Of a stretch of DNA of 64,000 nt, positions 35,753-45,655 are shown piece by piece. A program made the position numbers and the translations under genes. The stretch covers positions 1 through 64,000 of IMG/VR virus record IMGVR_UViG_2700989228_000034; one strand, given 5' to 3'. The notes under the pieces are model-generated. The model worked only from the letters and a program-made list of their open reading frames with translations. It was not told where the DNA came from and ran no database searches. The first letter of the stretch is position 1. Each line of letters opens with the position of its first letter. Source of the DNA: a virus.

Positions 35753-36661
35753 ATGAAATTAATTAATCAAAGTTTTGAGATTCTTGAACAGAAAGATTTT
35801 TCTCTCAAGGGTATTAAGCAATTCATTGAAAGATGTGGGCGTGTATGCTATAAAAGTGAAGATAAAATCACTGACACTTCTTATGAAAAGTTTGTAGATA
35901 TGCTTGAGAGGAAAGACCATGCTAGACCTCTTGAGTTTGGTACAGTACATCTTAAAATGCCTTGGAGTAATTTTAATAATTTTGTAGGATTTTGTATTTC
36001 AAAAGCTGTTTGGGATAGCTGTTGGATAAAGTACCATGTAGATAGAGATTCTGAGGATAAAACTGTATACATTACAACTAATTACAGATACTATAAAAGA
36101 CTTAAATCCCTAAGACCTCTATATGGATACATTAATATAGCAGAGTTCTTTACTGAAGAAGATAATGAATATTACCCAAAAAGATATACAGTACATTTTA
36201 TTACTTCTAGAGGAATAATGGATGAATTTAGAACTCATGTAGGTCTAAGTCATCTTGCTGAAAGTACTAGATATTGTAATTATTCTAAGGATAAATTTGA
36301 TAATCAAATTACCTTTATTCAACCTTCATGGATTATCCTTGATAAAGAAATAGCTCCAATTAATGAACTCTGTCTTCTTGCAGGACAATATGATAGAGAA
36401 AATCCTAATTTAAGATATTTAGCTTCTTTGGTAGATGCTAATTATACCTATATATCATTACTAAATAAAGGTTGGACTCCTCAGCAAGCAAGAGATGTTC
36501 TTCCTTTATCAGTCAAATCAGAGCTTATCTCATGTGGTTTTGGAGATGCTTGGTGTAACTTCTTCTACAGAAGATGTGCTAAGGATGCCCATCCTATGGC
36601 TAGAGAGATTGCTATTCCATTACAAGAAAGATTTAAAGAACTTGGTTATGTTAATCAATAA
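35753..36661 (+). CDS. thyX: flavin-dependent thymidylate synthase ThyX-like
   Basis: FRTHVGLSHLAESTRY approximates the ThyX RHR...S...ESQRY signature, but divergent. Confidence 0.45.
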   Translation: MKLINQSFEILEQKDFSLKGIKQFIERCGRVCYKSEDKITDTSYEKFVDMLERKDHARPLEFGTVHLKMPWSNFNNFVGFCISKAVWDSCWIKYHVDRDSEDKTVYITTNYRYYKRLKSLRPLYGYINIAEFFTEEDNEYYPKRYTVHFITSRGIMDEFRTHVGLSHLAESTRYCNYSKDKFDNQITFIQPSWIILDKEIAPINELCLLAGQYDRENPNLRYLASLVDANYTYISLLNKGWTPQQARDVLPLSVKSELISCGFGDAWCNFFYRRCAKDAHPMAREIAIPLQERFKELGYVNQ

Positions 36662-37274
36662 TCTAGAACTAATAGTCCCTTTGCTACCAAAGAATAATCC
36701 AGAGGTATTCTGCCACATGCAAATAGTATGTAGAGCAAAAGACCATAAGGATGAAAAGGTAAAGGAAGGAGCTATTAAAACATACTTCATAAAGAATGAA
36801 GAATATCTTAGAAAAGTAATGCCTGAGGTAATTCTTCTTTGTGAGCATTATGGAGCAAGAGCTTATATTAATGTGAGTCCAAAGAGCTTTGAGAAGTTAC
36901 AGAAACTTATGTTAGTAAAGCTTGCTTCATTAGTATGTGAAGGCAATATTCAGAATCCAAGAAAGACTCTTAATAGTGTAGCAGGAACCTTAACTTCAAG
37001 GAGTCCTGTATGGATTGTAGATGTTGATAATATGGAAATAAAGGAGCTACTCTTAGGATGGTTTGATGACTATTTTAAGTTAGACCCTACATTACCATTC
37101 TGTAACACTAGGGAAGAACTATATCTTACTGGTATTATACCAACAAAACAAGGTTGTCATTTACTTATAAGACCATTTAATCTTAAAGAGTTTAATAGTA
37201 ATTTTCCTGATGTAGATGTTCATAAGAACTCTATGGGAACTTTATTGTATTATCCTAATAGTATATCAGTATAA
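36648..37274 (+). CDS. hypothetical protein
   Basis: start taken at MLINNLE, overlapping the thyX stop (the track gives 36495 inside thyX). Confidence 0.3.
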   Translation: MLINNLELIVPLLPKNNPEVFCHMQIVCRAKDHKDEKVKEGAIKTYFIKNEEYLRKVMPEVILLCEHYGARAYINVSPKSFEKLQKLMLVKLASLVCEGNIQNPRKTLNSVAGTLTSRSPVWIVDVDNMEIKELLLGWFDDYFKLDPTLPFCNTREELYLTGIIPTKQGCHLLIRPFNLKEFNSNFPDVDVHKNSMGTLLYYPNSISV

Positions 37275-37276
37275 CA

Positions 37277-38038
37277 ATGAGAACAAATTTAATTAAAAAG
37301 AAAGAAGCACCTAAGGTAGAAGAGAAAGCAGTAGATGGAATGCTTGACATGGTTATAGCATTTGATACTACAGGTTCTATGTATCATTACATTGAGGCGG
37401 TAAAAAAGTATGTTATAGACTTAATACCAAAGCTATTTGCAGCTAATCCTAAATTAAAGGTTAGTATAGTAGCATTTGGTGATTACTGTGACATGCACAG
37501 TAAGAGTGATTTTGGTGATGCTTATCAAGTTATTGATTTAACTGATAATGAAAACAAACTTATAAAATTTGTAAAGAAAGCCATAAACACAAGTGGAGGT
37601 GATAGGGATGAGTTCTATGAGCTTGTCCTAAAGAAGATTATAGAAGAAACTTCTTGGAGAGAAGGTTCTACCAAGTCTGTTTTACTTATAGCAGATGCTA
37701 ATCCTCATGGAATCGGTTACTCTTTTGGTGATATTATAATAAATAACCAAATTAATTGGAGAGAGGAAGCTAAGAAAGCTGCTGCTAAGGGTATTAAGAT
37801 TGATACTATGCAATGTGGTAGTAGCAGATGGTATAAAGAGTTATCTAAGATAACTAATGGTATTAATTTACCATTTAAAACAGATAGCAAAACTTCTCAA
37901 GTGATTGAAGCTGCTTCCTATGCAAGAGGTGGGGAATCTACTAGAGGACTATTCAAAGCAACTATGGATAGTGCTCTAGCTAGTGGTGATGCAGAAATTA
38001 GTGCTGTTTATATAGCTTATTCAAAAGAATTAGTTTAG
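37277..38038 (+). CDS. von Willebrand factor A domain protein
   Basis: MIDAS motif VIAFDTTGSM; VSIVAFGDY; LLIADANPHG. Confidence 0.65.
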   Translation: MRTNLIKKKEAPKVEEKAVDGMLDMVIAFDTTGSMYHYIEAVKKYVIDLIPKLFAANPKLKVSIVAFGDYCDMHSKSDFGDAYQVIDLTDNENKLIKFVKKAINTSGGDRDEFYELVLKKIIEETSWREGSTKSVLLIADANPHGIGYSFGDIIINNQINWREEAKKAAAKGIKIDTMQCGSSRWYKELSKITNGINLPFKTDSKTSQVIEAASYARGGESTRGLFKATMDSALASGDAEISAVYIAYSKELV

Positions 38039-38049
38039 TCAATAGAACA

Positions 38050-38676
38050 ATGAAAGTAAACATTAAAGAAATTGAAGTTGGTGACATCTTCTCAGAAGAA
38101 TCTCACTATGTAGTAAATAAGGTAGCTAAGGATAAAGTAGAATTCCTTCACCTTGAAAGTGGTAAGAAAGTCTCTCTTAGCAATGAATATGTTGCTAATC
38201 TGCTTAATACCTCTGACCAGTATGACAATGAGGTTAAGGTAAGTAAGGAAGATAAGAAGGATGGTACTCCAGGAATCAGAACTATCTTTGAAAACATCAA
38301 GTCTTCAGAGGTATTTACAGTAGTCTTTAAGAAACAGGACAAACCAAAGACCAAGAAGGCTATTGAAGCTGAGAAAGAGGCTCAGAGAGCTGAGGCTGTG
38401 GCACTTATTGATAAGGCTAAGAAAGCTAAGAAGTCAATGGCAACAGCTTATAAGGAAGCTCTTGAGTTCATTCAGAACAATCCTGTAAAGGACTATATTG
38501 AAGGTGAAGATAGAATCCTTAGAGGATATAAAATGCAGTTTGTATCTAGGGATGGCAAATACAGATGTATGGACATGGACATTACTAGAACAGACAAAGA
38601 GACAGGAGAGAGACTTGTTAATATTAACACTATCTCTCAGCTTATCTACAATGGTACTAAGTATATTGTAGACTAA
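38050..38676 (+). CDS. hypothetical Lys-rich protein
   Basis: 208-aa ORF. Confidence 0.35.
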   Translation: MKVNIKEIEVGDIFSEESHYVVNKVAKDKVEFLHLESGKKVSLSNEYVANLLNTSDQYDNEVKVSKEDKKDGTPGIRTIFENIKSSEVFTVVFKKQDKPKTKKAIEAEKEAQRAEAVALIDKAKKAKKSMATAYKEALEFIQNNPVKDYIEGEDRILRGYKMQFVSRDGKYRCMDMDITRTDKETGERLVNINTISQLIYNGTKYIVD

Positions 38677-38682
38677 TTATTA

Positions 38683-38714
38683 AGGGAAGGGCTTATACTC
38701 TTCCCTTATTTTTC
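38683..38714 (+). terminator. rho-independent terminator
   Basis: 8-bp stem AAGGGAAG/CTTCCCTT, 9-nt loop, then ATTTTTCC. Confidence 0.6.
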
Positions 38715-38744
38715 CTTAAAACAATCAACTTTTGCTCTTATTTA

Positions 38745-38776
38745 TTTGGTAAACTGAGCAAATTTAATTAACTTTG
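38745..38776 (+). promoter_or_regulatory. Bacteroidetes-type promoter (-33 TTTG / -7 TAnnTTTG)
   Basis: TTTG at 38745-38748 and TAACTTTG at 38769-38776, 20 nt apart, 24 nt upstream of the ATG of the giant ORF. Confidence 0.45.
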
Positions 38777-38799
38777 CACTAAAATTTTAATTACACTAT

Positions 38800-41700
38800 A
38801 TGGCAAATTTTTGTTATATCCCACAAAAGGGAATAGACGATGTATTAGCAGCTAAATTAGGATGGAGAGGTAATGCCAGTGATAAGTTTAACCCCTTCAG
38901 AGTTGCAACCCTTAGAGGTATGTATGATGAAGTCCATCAAAATAGTCCCCTAAATACAACTAATCTTGATGAGGCTGCATTAACTCTTGCTAAATTCAGA
39001 CAGGAGATTAAAGTTGGAAACCAAGCTAAAATTAATAGTATTGGTACTAACTTAGCTCCAAGTTATAAGAGCTTGAGGAAAGCATTTACAGCAGAGGAAC
39101 GCTTTAATAGAGTAAATATGATTGCTGCTATGTTCTCTGCTGTTGTAGATGAAATCCAAAAGAATAATCTACAGCTTAGTAGAAGAGCCATTATTGATAC
39201 AAAGGTTGGAGAGTTCAATTTATTTGAAAAGGTTTATAATCAGATAATGCAGATGCAGTCTGTGTTCAGAGCTAAAGGTGACATGGAGAAAGCTGCAAAA
39301 TTCAACCAAGTTCTCTCTAATTGGTCTGCTCTAACAGCATTTGCTAGAATGAAACTTAGAGATACTGAAGGAATTAAGTTAGGTAATAAGATGGAGTTTG
39401 TTGATGAAACAGACGAACTTAATTATGGAGATAATGACCTCTCTCAGCTTATTGACCCAAATGAGTCTGTTAGGGAAGCTTGGCAGTCATCTAATGGTTT
39501 GGAATCTTCATTTGGCTCTGTAGGACAGCAAGTAAGAAGACTTATTAGTAGTCTTCCTATTATGGAGATAGTAGATGTAGCTACTGCTGATGGTAGAGTA
39601 ATGCAAAAAGCTCAGCCTAAAAGAGATGACCTTGGATTTGTTCAAACTTTAAACCCTGTTAAAGTACATCAAGCTCTTATGGAGTTACTTAGAGGTATTA
39701 CTTCAGAAGCTCAAATGATGGGAGCTTTTAGAAACCCTAGAACTGGACAGGCTAAATCTGTATGGATGATTCCAATTTTAGATGCTCTAACAAAGAATCC
39801 TCAACTTAGAACACAATTCTTTAGAGATTTCAAGAAGAATTTCCAACCTTATTCTATTCTTATTGAGGATAAGGAGGCTTCTAAGAAAGGTCTTAGAAAA
39901 TATAAGACTAAGGTACTCAATAGAGTTGAAGATTTGTTAGGAGGAGCCTTTATGTCTAGAATTATACTTGGAAAGCCTCTTAATGAGAAAACTTCTGTCT
40001 TTGATACCAAAGGAAATGTTAATGTATCTAACTTAAAGAATACTCTAAGTCAGATAAATGAGTGGCTTGCTCAGTCTAAAGAAGACATCTTTAAGCGAAA
40101 TAAGTTCTATTCTAGAGGTGGCTCTTCTCTTGAAAGAAGAGAGTTCCTTAGAACTAGTTTAGAATCTCTTGGAGTAGAAGTAGATGTTGACACTCTAGAT
40201 GAAATAATGAACCATTCTAAAGACCTTAGAAAACTTACTAATGCTCTTCAAGAATTAGCTCAATATGGTGTATCAGAGAATCAGTTGAAGAGGCTCGAAG
40301 CTGGTGAAAAGATTTCATATAAGTCATTAGTTAGAGCTAAAGGTCAGAACTCTAGAAAAGAGGGTGTCGTTGAGGAGAAAATCAGAAAGATACATGAAAT
40401 GATTACCAAGAATAGAGAAGGCTTGAGACTTGAATCTAGAGTAAGACATAAGGATAGCAAGGGTAACAACATTACTCTGTTCTCTCAGGTAAATCCATCT
40501 TTTATGGGTGATAAGTTTGATAAGATTCAAAGCTATGTTAAAGCAAATGACAAGGCTGGTCTTAGGTCTTTTCTTACTAATGAGTACCTTGACTCTCCTT
40601 TCTTCTCCTATAAGGGTAAGGTGTTGAATAAGTGGCTTGAAGAATTACTTAAGTGCTGTGACACTCCTGTTAATGTGAGCTTAGAAGATACATTTGCTGC
40701 TCAATTTGATTATCTAAGATTCTTAGGAACCTCTGATATGAGTTTTGAGAACTTTACTAGTAAACAGCACATGATTGATATGCTTACAGAGTTCAGAAGT
40801 GACAAAGAACTTAGTAATAAAGCTGATACTGCATTATATCCTGTATTTATTCTTGGTGATAGTGGTGTAAGCAAATATATCAGAGCTAAGAGATATAGCA
40901 ATGAAGAGATTATGGATGGTCTCTATAATGCTTATGAACAGGAAAGAAGAAGACAAGAGTTAGTCAAAGCTACCAATGAATGGCTTGACTCTAAGAACTA
41001 CAGTAAAGTAGAAAACTTCTCTGATAGTGAAAATACTTTTAGTATTCTTGGATTCCTTAATAAGGACTACAAGGCATCTGATGGTACAGTAGGAAAGTAT
41101 TCTAGTATGCTTAGTGATAGACCTACTGAAACAGAAGTTAAGAAGGCTATATCTACATATTTATCTGATGCTCTTAAAGATTTCAAGAAGCAGTTAAGAA
41201 ACTTAGGTCTTCTTGAGACTGTAAAAGTAAAAGAGGTAGATAGGAATAATAACCAAGTAGAAGTTGAAAGATATACTTATCTAGGAGAAGGTGTTACATC
41301 TGAAAACTTAGATGAGAAACTTGCAGAGTTCTATAACAATGTTAAGTTTGCTACTATTAATCAGCTTCAACTTATGACTATTGATACTTCATTCTATAAA
41401 GGTACTAAAGACCTTCAGAAGAGATACAAAGAGATTCATGCTCCTGGTTCTCTATTAAGTCTTTCAGCTCTTGATAGTAATGGTAAGAAATTCTCTGAGG
41501 ATGGTATTGAAAGATGCATTTATTTTGATGATATTAATGTAAATGCAGAACAGTCAAATCCTGAATTTATGGAAGCTATTGCTGCTGTTCATGGAAAGGA
41601 TTCTGATGTATATAAAGCATACAAAAAGAATACTTTAACTGATGGACAAGGTTATAGGACTCTTAGGTCATATAGAAAAGTAATGGGTATGGCAGGACAA

Positions 41701-44700
41701 TGGACTGAAGAAATGCAAAAAGTATATGAGGCTATTGAACAGCTTAAAGCTGATTATAATGGAAAGTCTATTCCATCAGAAAAACTTGCTGAAATAGCAT
41801 CTATGGCAGTAGTATTTCAGCCTATTAAACCTTATATGTTTACTCATGAAAAACTTGCTCTTAATGACAAGGATAAAGTTATTATTCCAGTTCAGCATAA
41901 GTATGCTGAGGCAGTGTTAATTCCTGAACTCTTACCTGAGGGTAGTAAGCTTAGAGATATGGCTTATTGGATGGATGACAATAATGTAGACCTAGTTGGT
42001 TCTACTAAGATTGTTAAGGTTGGTGGATTTGGTTCTACTGATATTTCAAAAGCTTCTGATGCTAAGAGTCTAGGTGAAGCTCTAAATAAAGCTTATGTTC
42101 ATCAATTAAGCTATGGTGATTATAGAATACAGACTAATGTTCCTGAGCACATTAATAGCTCTCAGCTCTTTGGTACACAGGTTAGAAAACTTATTATGGC
42201 AAATATTATGATGGATGACTATCATTATATGAACTATATTGGTGGTGATGGTACTGTAAATCTTGGGGGAAATCATGGTAGAGTTAAACTCAATGGTAGA
42301 AATCTAGTATCATTCTATAATGGATTAATAGTTGCCAACATCTTAGAATCATTTGATAACTTTAAGGATGGTATTTCAGATGCTAATAAACTTAGTGAGA
42401 AGCTGATTCAAGGTGTTATTAACAACAGTAGAGAATCTATGGACAATGTTCTAGCCTATGCTGTTGATGATGGTAAGTTTGCTATGCCTTTGTTTGAAGG
42501 TGGTTTGGAGCATGATGCTGCTGCTATGGCTTTCAGTATGTTCAAGAAGATTGTGAATAAGCAGCAAATCAAGGGAGGTTCTGCTGTTCAGGTTTCTGCA
42601 ATGGGTATTAAAGGCTATGAAGAAGATGGAGATTTAAAATATGTAACAGATGGTAATGGAAATATTCTTTATGCAGAATGTGAAATTCCATTTGATATAT
42701 CATATAAGGATAGCGAAGGTAATGAAGTTCATCTTGATTTCAATGAATATTGTAATCCTGATGGAACTCTTAAGATGATTGAATCTGAAGGTAAGAAGAT
42801 TTCATTACTTGAACATAGATTTCCTGGTTCTACAAGTCTTCTAGCATATAGAATCCCTACTGAGAGAGACTATTCAATGCTTAATCTTAGAGTTAAAAGG
42901 TTTAGTCAAAAGACAGCAGGAGGTACTATTAAAGTACCAGCTCAAGGAACTACTATTGCAGGTTTTGACTTTGATGTTGATAAGCTCTACTTTATGAGGA
43001 GAGAGTATAAAGCATTAAAGAAACAATCTACAGATGAAGCTACTGATGCACTACTTTCTGCTGTATTCTCAGATGATACTTCTCAGCTTATAGATTTTGA
43101 AGAGTATGACTTCAACAAGTCTCCACTTGAAAATACTAGAGCTGCTAGAAATAATATGCTTATTAATCTTATTCAACAAAGATTGATGGACCCAGAGACT
43201 ATGAAGCAGAGAACAACTCCTGGTGGTTTTGCTAATGCTTCTAAGTCTGCTAGAATCATGAGAGAGTTACTATATGGTAGTACTGATGGTATTATAGATG
43301 ATAATAAGAAGGTTAATTGGGAAGCTCTTAATAATAGAGCTAAGGATAAATCCAGTGACCCAGAACCTAATTATGACCCTTCTGACCCTATGACTATTAT
43401 TACTTATAATCAGCAAAATCAAGTAGCAGGTAAGCTTATTGGTATATTCGCTAATCAAAATACTAATCATGCTTTTGCTAGTCTTATGAAATCTTTCAAG
43501 ATTTCTAAGCCTATTGAATTTGCTGGTCATAGTTATGGTGATGGTAGATTTAGTGACTTCCTTCATGCTCCTAATGGAGTTGATGTAGACTTGAATGTAG
43601 CTGAATTTCTGGCTGCTTCTGTGGATGCTGTAAAAGACCCTGTTCTTAACTTTATGAATCTTAATACTCTTACTGCTGATGCAGGTGCAGTTCTTGCTAG
43701 AATTGGTTATACTACTACTGAAATTGGTATGCTGTTTAATCAGCCTATTATCAAAGAGGTATGTGAATATAGCTTTAATAATAATGTAGGAATTGATACT
43801 GCTATTAGAGAGATACGAGAAAAATATAAGAATCAAGGTGCATCTGTCAAAAGTAGAAAGGAGCCTTTAAATCCTGAACATTTCTCTATGGATAAACTTG
43901 CTAAGAATATTTTGAATGATAGAGTTCTTAGAGAGAAAGGTAGTAATGTTATGGATAATAATACATTTGCTACTGAACAACTTGAAGTTCTTGATTTGTT
44001 CAATGATATTTCAGCAGTTGCTAATGATGTATCTGAGTTTGTGACATCAACAAAGTTTACTGCATCCAATGCAGTTGGCTCTACATTTGGTGACCTTTAT
44101 GCTCAGCAGCTTAAAGTCCAAAAGTATCTTAGTGAAGTTGGTACTGATGCAAGTCATGTTGAGATGGAAGTAACAGATAAGCTTGACTCTCCTATTATGA
44201 ATGATAACAGTCTTACTACTATGAGTAATTCAGATTACCTTGATACTATGATGGGAAATCCATTTGCTTATGAGCAGGCTATGTTTGATGCTAATAGAAA
44301 GTCATTAGAGATTCTAAGCAGATATTTTCCTTATAATAAGAGGGCTTATGTTAATGCTAGAAATACTCTAAATGAACTTGTCAATTATGGAAGTCTTGAT
44401 GCTGATACTATAAATAGTATTCATAGTGATATGATGGTCTACTTGCTAAGTAATCAAGAAAGAAGTGAATTTAATGGTTCTCTTCCTAAGCAAACTCAGC
44501 ATGGTTTGATGACTACAAGAGAGTATTACACTAAATGGTTTGCAAAAGATTTGCTTAATCACTTAGAGGCTAATCCTCAAATGAAGTCTATGCCTATCTT
44601 TGCTTATATGCTTCCTGAAGTTAAAGAAGTTAAGAATCCTGCTACTGGTGAAAGTACTGATGAAATTAGTATTAATATCCAAGGTATTGGAGGATTAGCT

Positions 44701-45645
44701 CCTTATATGAAGGATGAAATTAGAGAAAGCTGGGCAGACTTAGCAAGAAATCCTAAGACTTCACAGATTGCCACTGACTTGTTCTTATATAACTTCTATA
44801 AGTTAGGTTTTAATTTTAGCCCTAAAGCTTTTATGAACCTTGCTCCTACTGAAGTTAAAGAGAACATTAAAGTGCCAACTACTGATGGTGATAGAAGCTA
44901 TGTAGACTTTATGAATGATATAATGGAAGATAAGTTCAACATCAATGCTGAAACATTTGCTAGACAGTATATGCTTAATCACTTAGATAATAAGAGATTT
45001 GGCTTAGATGCTAAGAGTAAAACTGTTCTAAATATTCTCAAGCCACTTGCTATTCAGGCTGGTGTTGCTAGAAATGAATTTACCTTAGATTTGTCAAAGA
45101 TTGATAAAGAAAATGGTAAGTACTTCATTTTAAAAGAGAATAAGATGGCTAAGTCAAGACAATTTGTTCCTATGATTAAGATTAATACTGGTCAAGGTCA
45201 AGTTGTTTACATGGCAGATAGTTTTGATGAAACAAAAACTTCTATAATGACATATCATAAGGTAGATAAACTTGGTACTAAAGGTCAATCTCTACAGTAT
45301 TTTGGTGATAATATTGCTTCAAATATAGAAGAAGATACAAAAACATCAGAATCTTTTGAAGATGGTTCTACAGCAAAGAGGTTAGAAGAAAGAAAACCTA
45401 CTGTAGAAGGATTTGATAGAAAAGCTGTTATAAATGAAATAGCAGAAGAAATGAGTAAAGCCTATGAGAAAGCAGGTATCAGAGATGACCAAGGAGAACT
45501 TTATACAGCAAATGCTCTTAAGGCTGCTTTAGGTAATACTGAAGAGGCTAATTTGAAAGCTTCTGTAGAAGAGCTTAGACAAGCTTGTAGAGTAGATGGT
45601 GTTATAGTTCTTGATGAGAATGGTAATCCAATGAAAGCATGTTAG
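38800..45645 (+). CDS. giant virion-associated protein, candidate crAss-type multisubunit-like RNA polymerase
   Basis: 2281 aa; the candidate catalytic metal-binding motif GFDFDVDKLY is of the DxDxD type; gene order and size are typical of crAss-like virion RNA polymerase genes. Confidence 0.45.
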   Translation: MANFCYIPQKGIDDVLAAKLGWRGNASDKFNPFRVATLRGMYDEVHQNSPLNTTNLDEAALTLAKFRQEIKVGNQAKINSIGTNLAPSYKSLRKAFTAEERFNRVNMIAAMFSAVVDEIQKNNLQLSRRAIIDTKVGEFNLFEKVYNQIMQMQSVFRAKGDMEKAAKFNQVLSNWSALTAFARMKLRDTEGIKLGNKMEFVDETDELNYGDNDLSQLIDPNESVREAWQSSNGLESSFGSVGQQVRRLISSLPIMEIVDVATADGRVMQKAQPKRDDLGFVQTLNPVKVHQALMELLRGITSEAQMMGAFRNPRTGQAKSVWMIPILDALTKNPQLRTQFFRDFKKNFQPYSILIEDKEASKKGLRKYKTKVLNRVEDLLGGAFMSRIILGKPLNEKTSVFDTKGNVNVSNLKNTLSQINEWLAQSKEDIFKRNKFYSRGGSSLERREFLRTSLESLGVEVDVDTLDEIMNHSKDLRKLTNALQELAQYGVSENQLKRLEAGEKISYKSLVRAKGQNSRKEGVVEEKIRKIHEMITKNREGLRLESRVRHKDSKGNNITLFSQVNPSFMGDKFDKIQSYVKANDKAGLRSFLTNEYLDSPFFSYKGKVLNKWLEELLKCCDTPVNVSLEDTFAAQFDYLRFLGTSDMSFENFTSKQHMIDMLTEFRSDKELSNKADTALYPVFILGDSGVSKYIRAKRYSNEEIMDGLYNAYEQERRRQELVKATNEWLDSKNYSKVENFSDSENTFSILGFLNKDYKASDGTVGKYSSMLSDRPTETEVKKAISTYLSDALKDFKKQLRNLGLLETVKVKEVDRNNNQVEVERYTYLGEGVTSENLDEKLAEFYNNVKFATINQLQLMTIDTSFYKGTKDLQKRYKEIHAPGSLLSLSALDSNGKKFSEDGIERCIYFDDINVNAEQSNPEFMEAIAAVHGKDSDVYKAYKKNTLTDGQGYRTLRSYRKVMGMAGQWTEEMQKVYEAIEQLKADYNGKSIPSEKLAEIASMAVVFQPIKPYMFTHEKLALNDKDKVIIPVQHKYAEAVLIPELLPEGSKLRDMAYWMDDNNVDLVGSTKIVKVGGFGSTDISKASDAKSLGEALNKAYVHQLSYGDYRIQTNVPEHINSSQLFGTQVRKLIMANIMMDDYHYMNYIGGDGTVNLGGNHGRVKLNGRNLVSFYNGLIVANILESFDNFKDGISDANKLSEKLIQGVINNSRESMDNVLAYAVDDGKFAMPLFEGGLEHDAAAMAFSMFKKIVNKQQIKGGSAVQVSAMGIKGYEEDGDLKYVTDGNGNILYAECEIPFDISYKDSEGNEVHLDFNEYCNPDGTLKMIESEGKKISLLEHRFPGSTSLLAYRIPTERDYSMLNLRVKRFSQKTAGGTIKVPAQGTTIAGFDFDVDKLYFMRREYKALKKQSTDEATDALLSAVFSDDTSQLIDFEEYDFNKSPLENTRAARNNMLINLIQQRLMDPETMKQRTTPGGFANASKSARIMRELLYGSTDGIIDDNKKVNWEALNNRAKDKSSDPEPNYDPSDPMTIITYNQQNQVAGKLIGIFANQNTNHAFASLMKSFKISKPIEFAGHSYGDGRFSDFLHAPNGVDVDLNVAEFLAASVDAVKDPVLNFMNLNTLTADAGAVLARIGYTTTEIGMLFNQPIIKEVCEYSFNNNVGIDTAIREIREKYKNQGASVKSRKEPLNPEHFSMDKLAKNILNDRVLREKGSNVMDNNTFATEQLEVLDLFNDISAVANDVSEFVTSTKFTASNAVGSTFGDLYAQQLKVQKYLSEVGTDASHVEMEVTDKLDSPIMNDNSLTTMSNSDYLDTMMGNPFAYEQAMFDANRKSLEILSRYFPYNKRAYVNARNTLNELVNYGSLDADTINSIHSDMMVYLLSNQERSEFNGSLPKQTQHGLMTTREYYTKWFAKDLLNHLEANPQMKSMPIFAYMLPEVKEVKNPATGESTDEISINIQGIGGLAPYMKDEIRESWADLARNPKTSQIATDLFLYNFYKLGFNFSPKAFMNLAPTEVKENIKVPTTDGDRSYVDFMNDIMEDKFNINAETFARQYMLNHLDNKRFGLDAKSKTVLNILKPLAIQAGVARNEFTLDLSKIDKENGKYFILKENKMAKSRQFVPMIKINTGQGQVVYMADSFDETKTSIMTYHKVDKLGTKGQSLQYFGDNIASNIEEDTKTSESFEDGSTAKRLEERKPTVEGFDRKAVINEIAEEMSKAYEKAGIRDDQGELYTANALKAALGNTEEANLKASVEELRQACRVDGVIVLDENGNPMKAC

Positions 45646-45655
45646 TTTATAAGAT

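Noticed and set aside
43270-44069. Minus-strand ORFs of 188 and 78 aa inside the 2281-aa gene, and similar antisense ORFs at 46537-46926, 51523-56559 and 59402-59678
   Set aside because: They are low-complexity, Ser/Ile-rich translations of the antisense strand of long, clearly coding genes, so they are almost certainly spurious.
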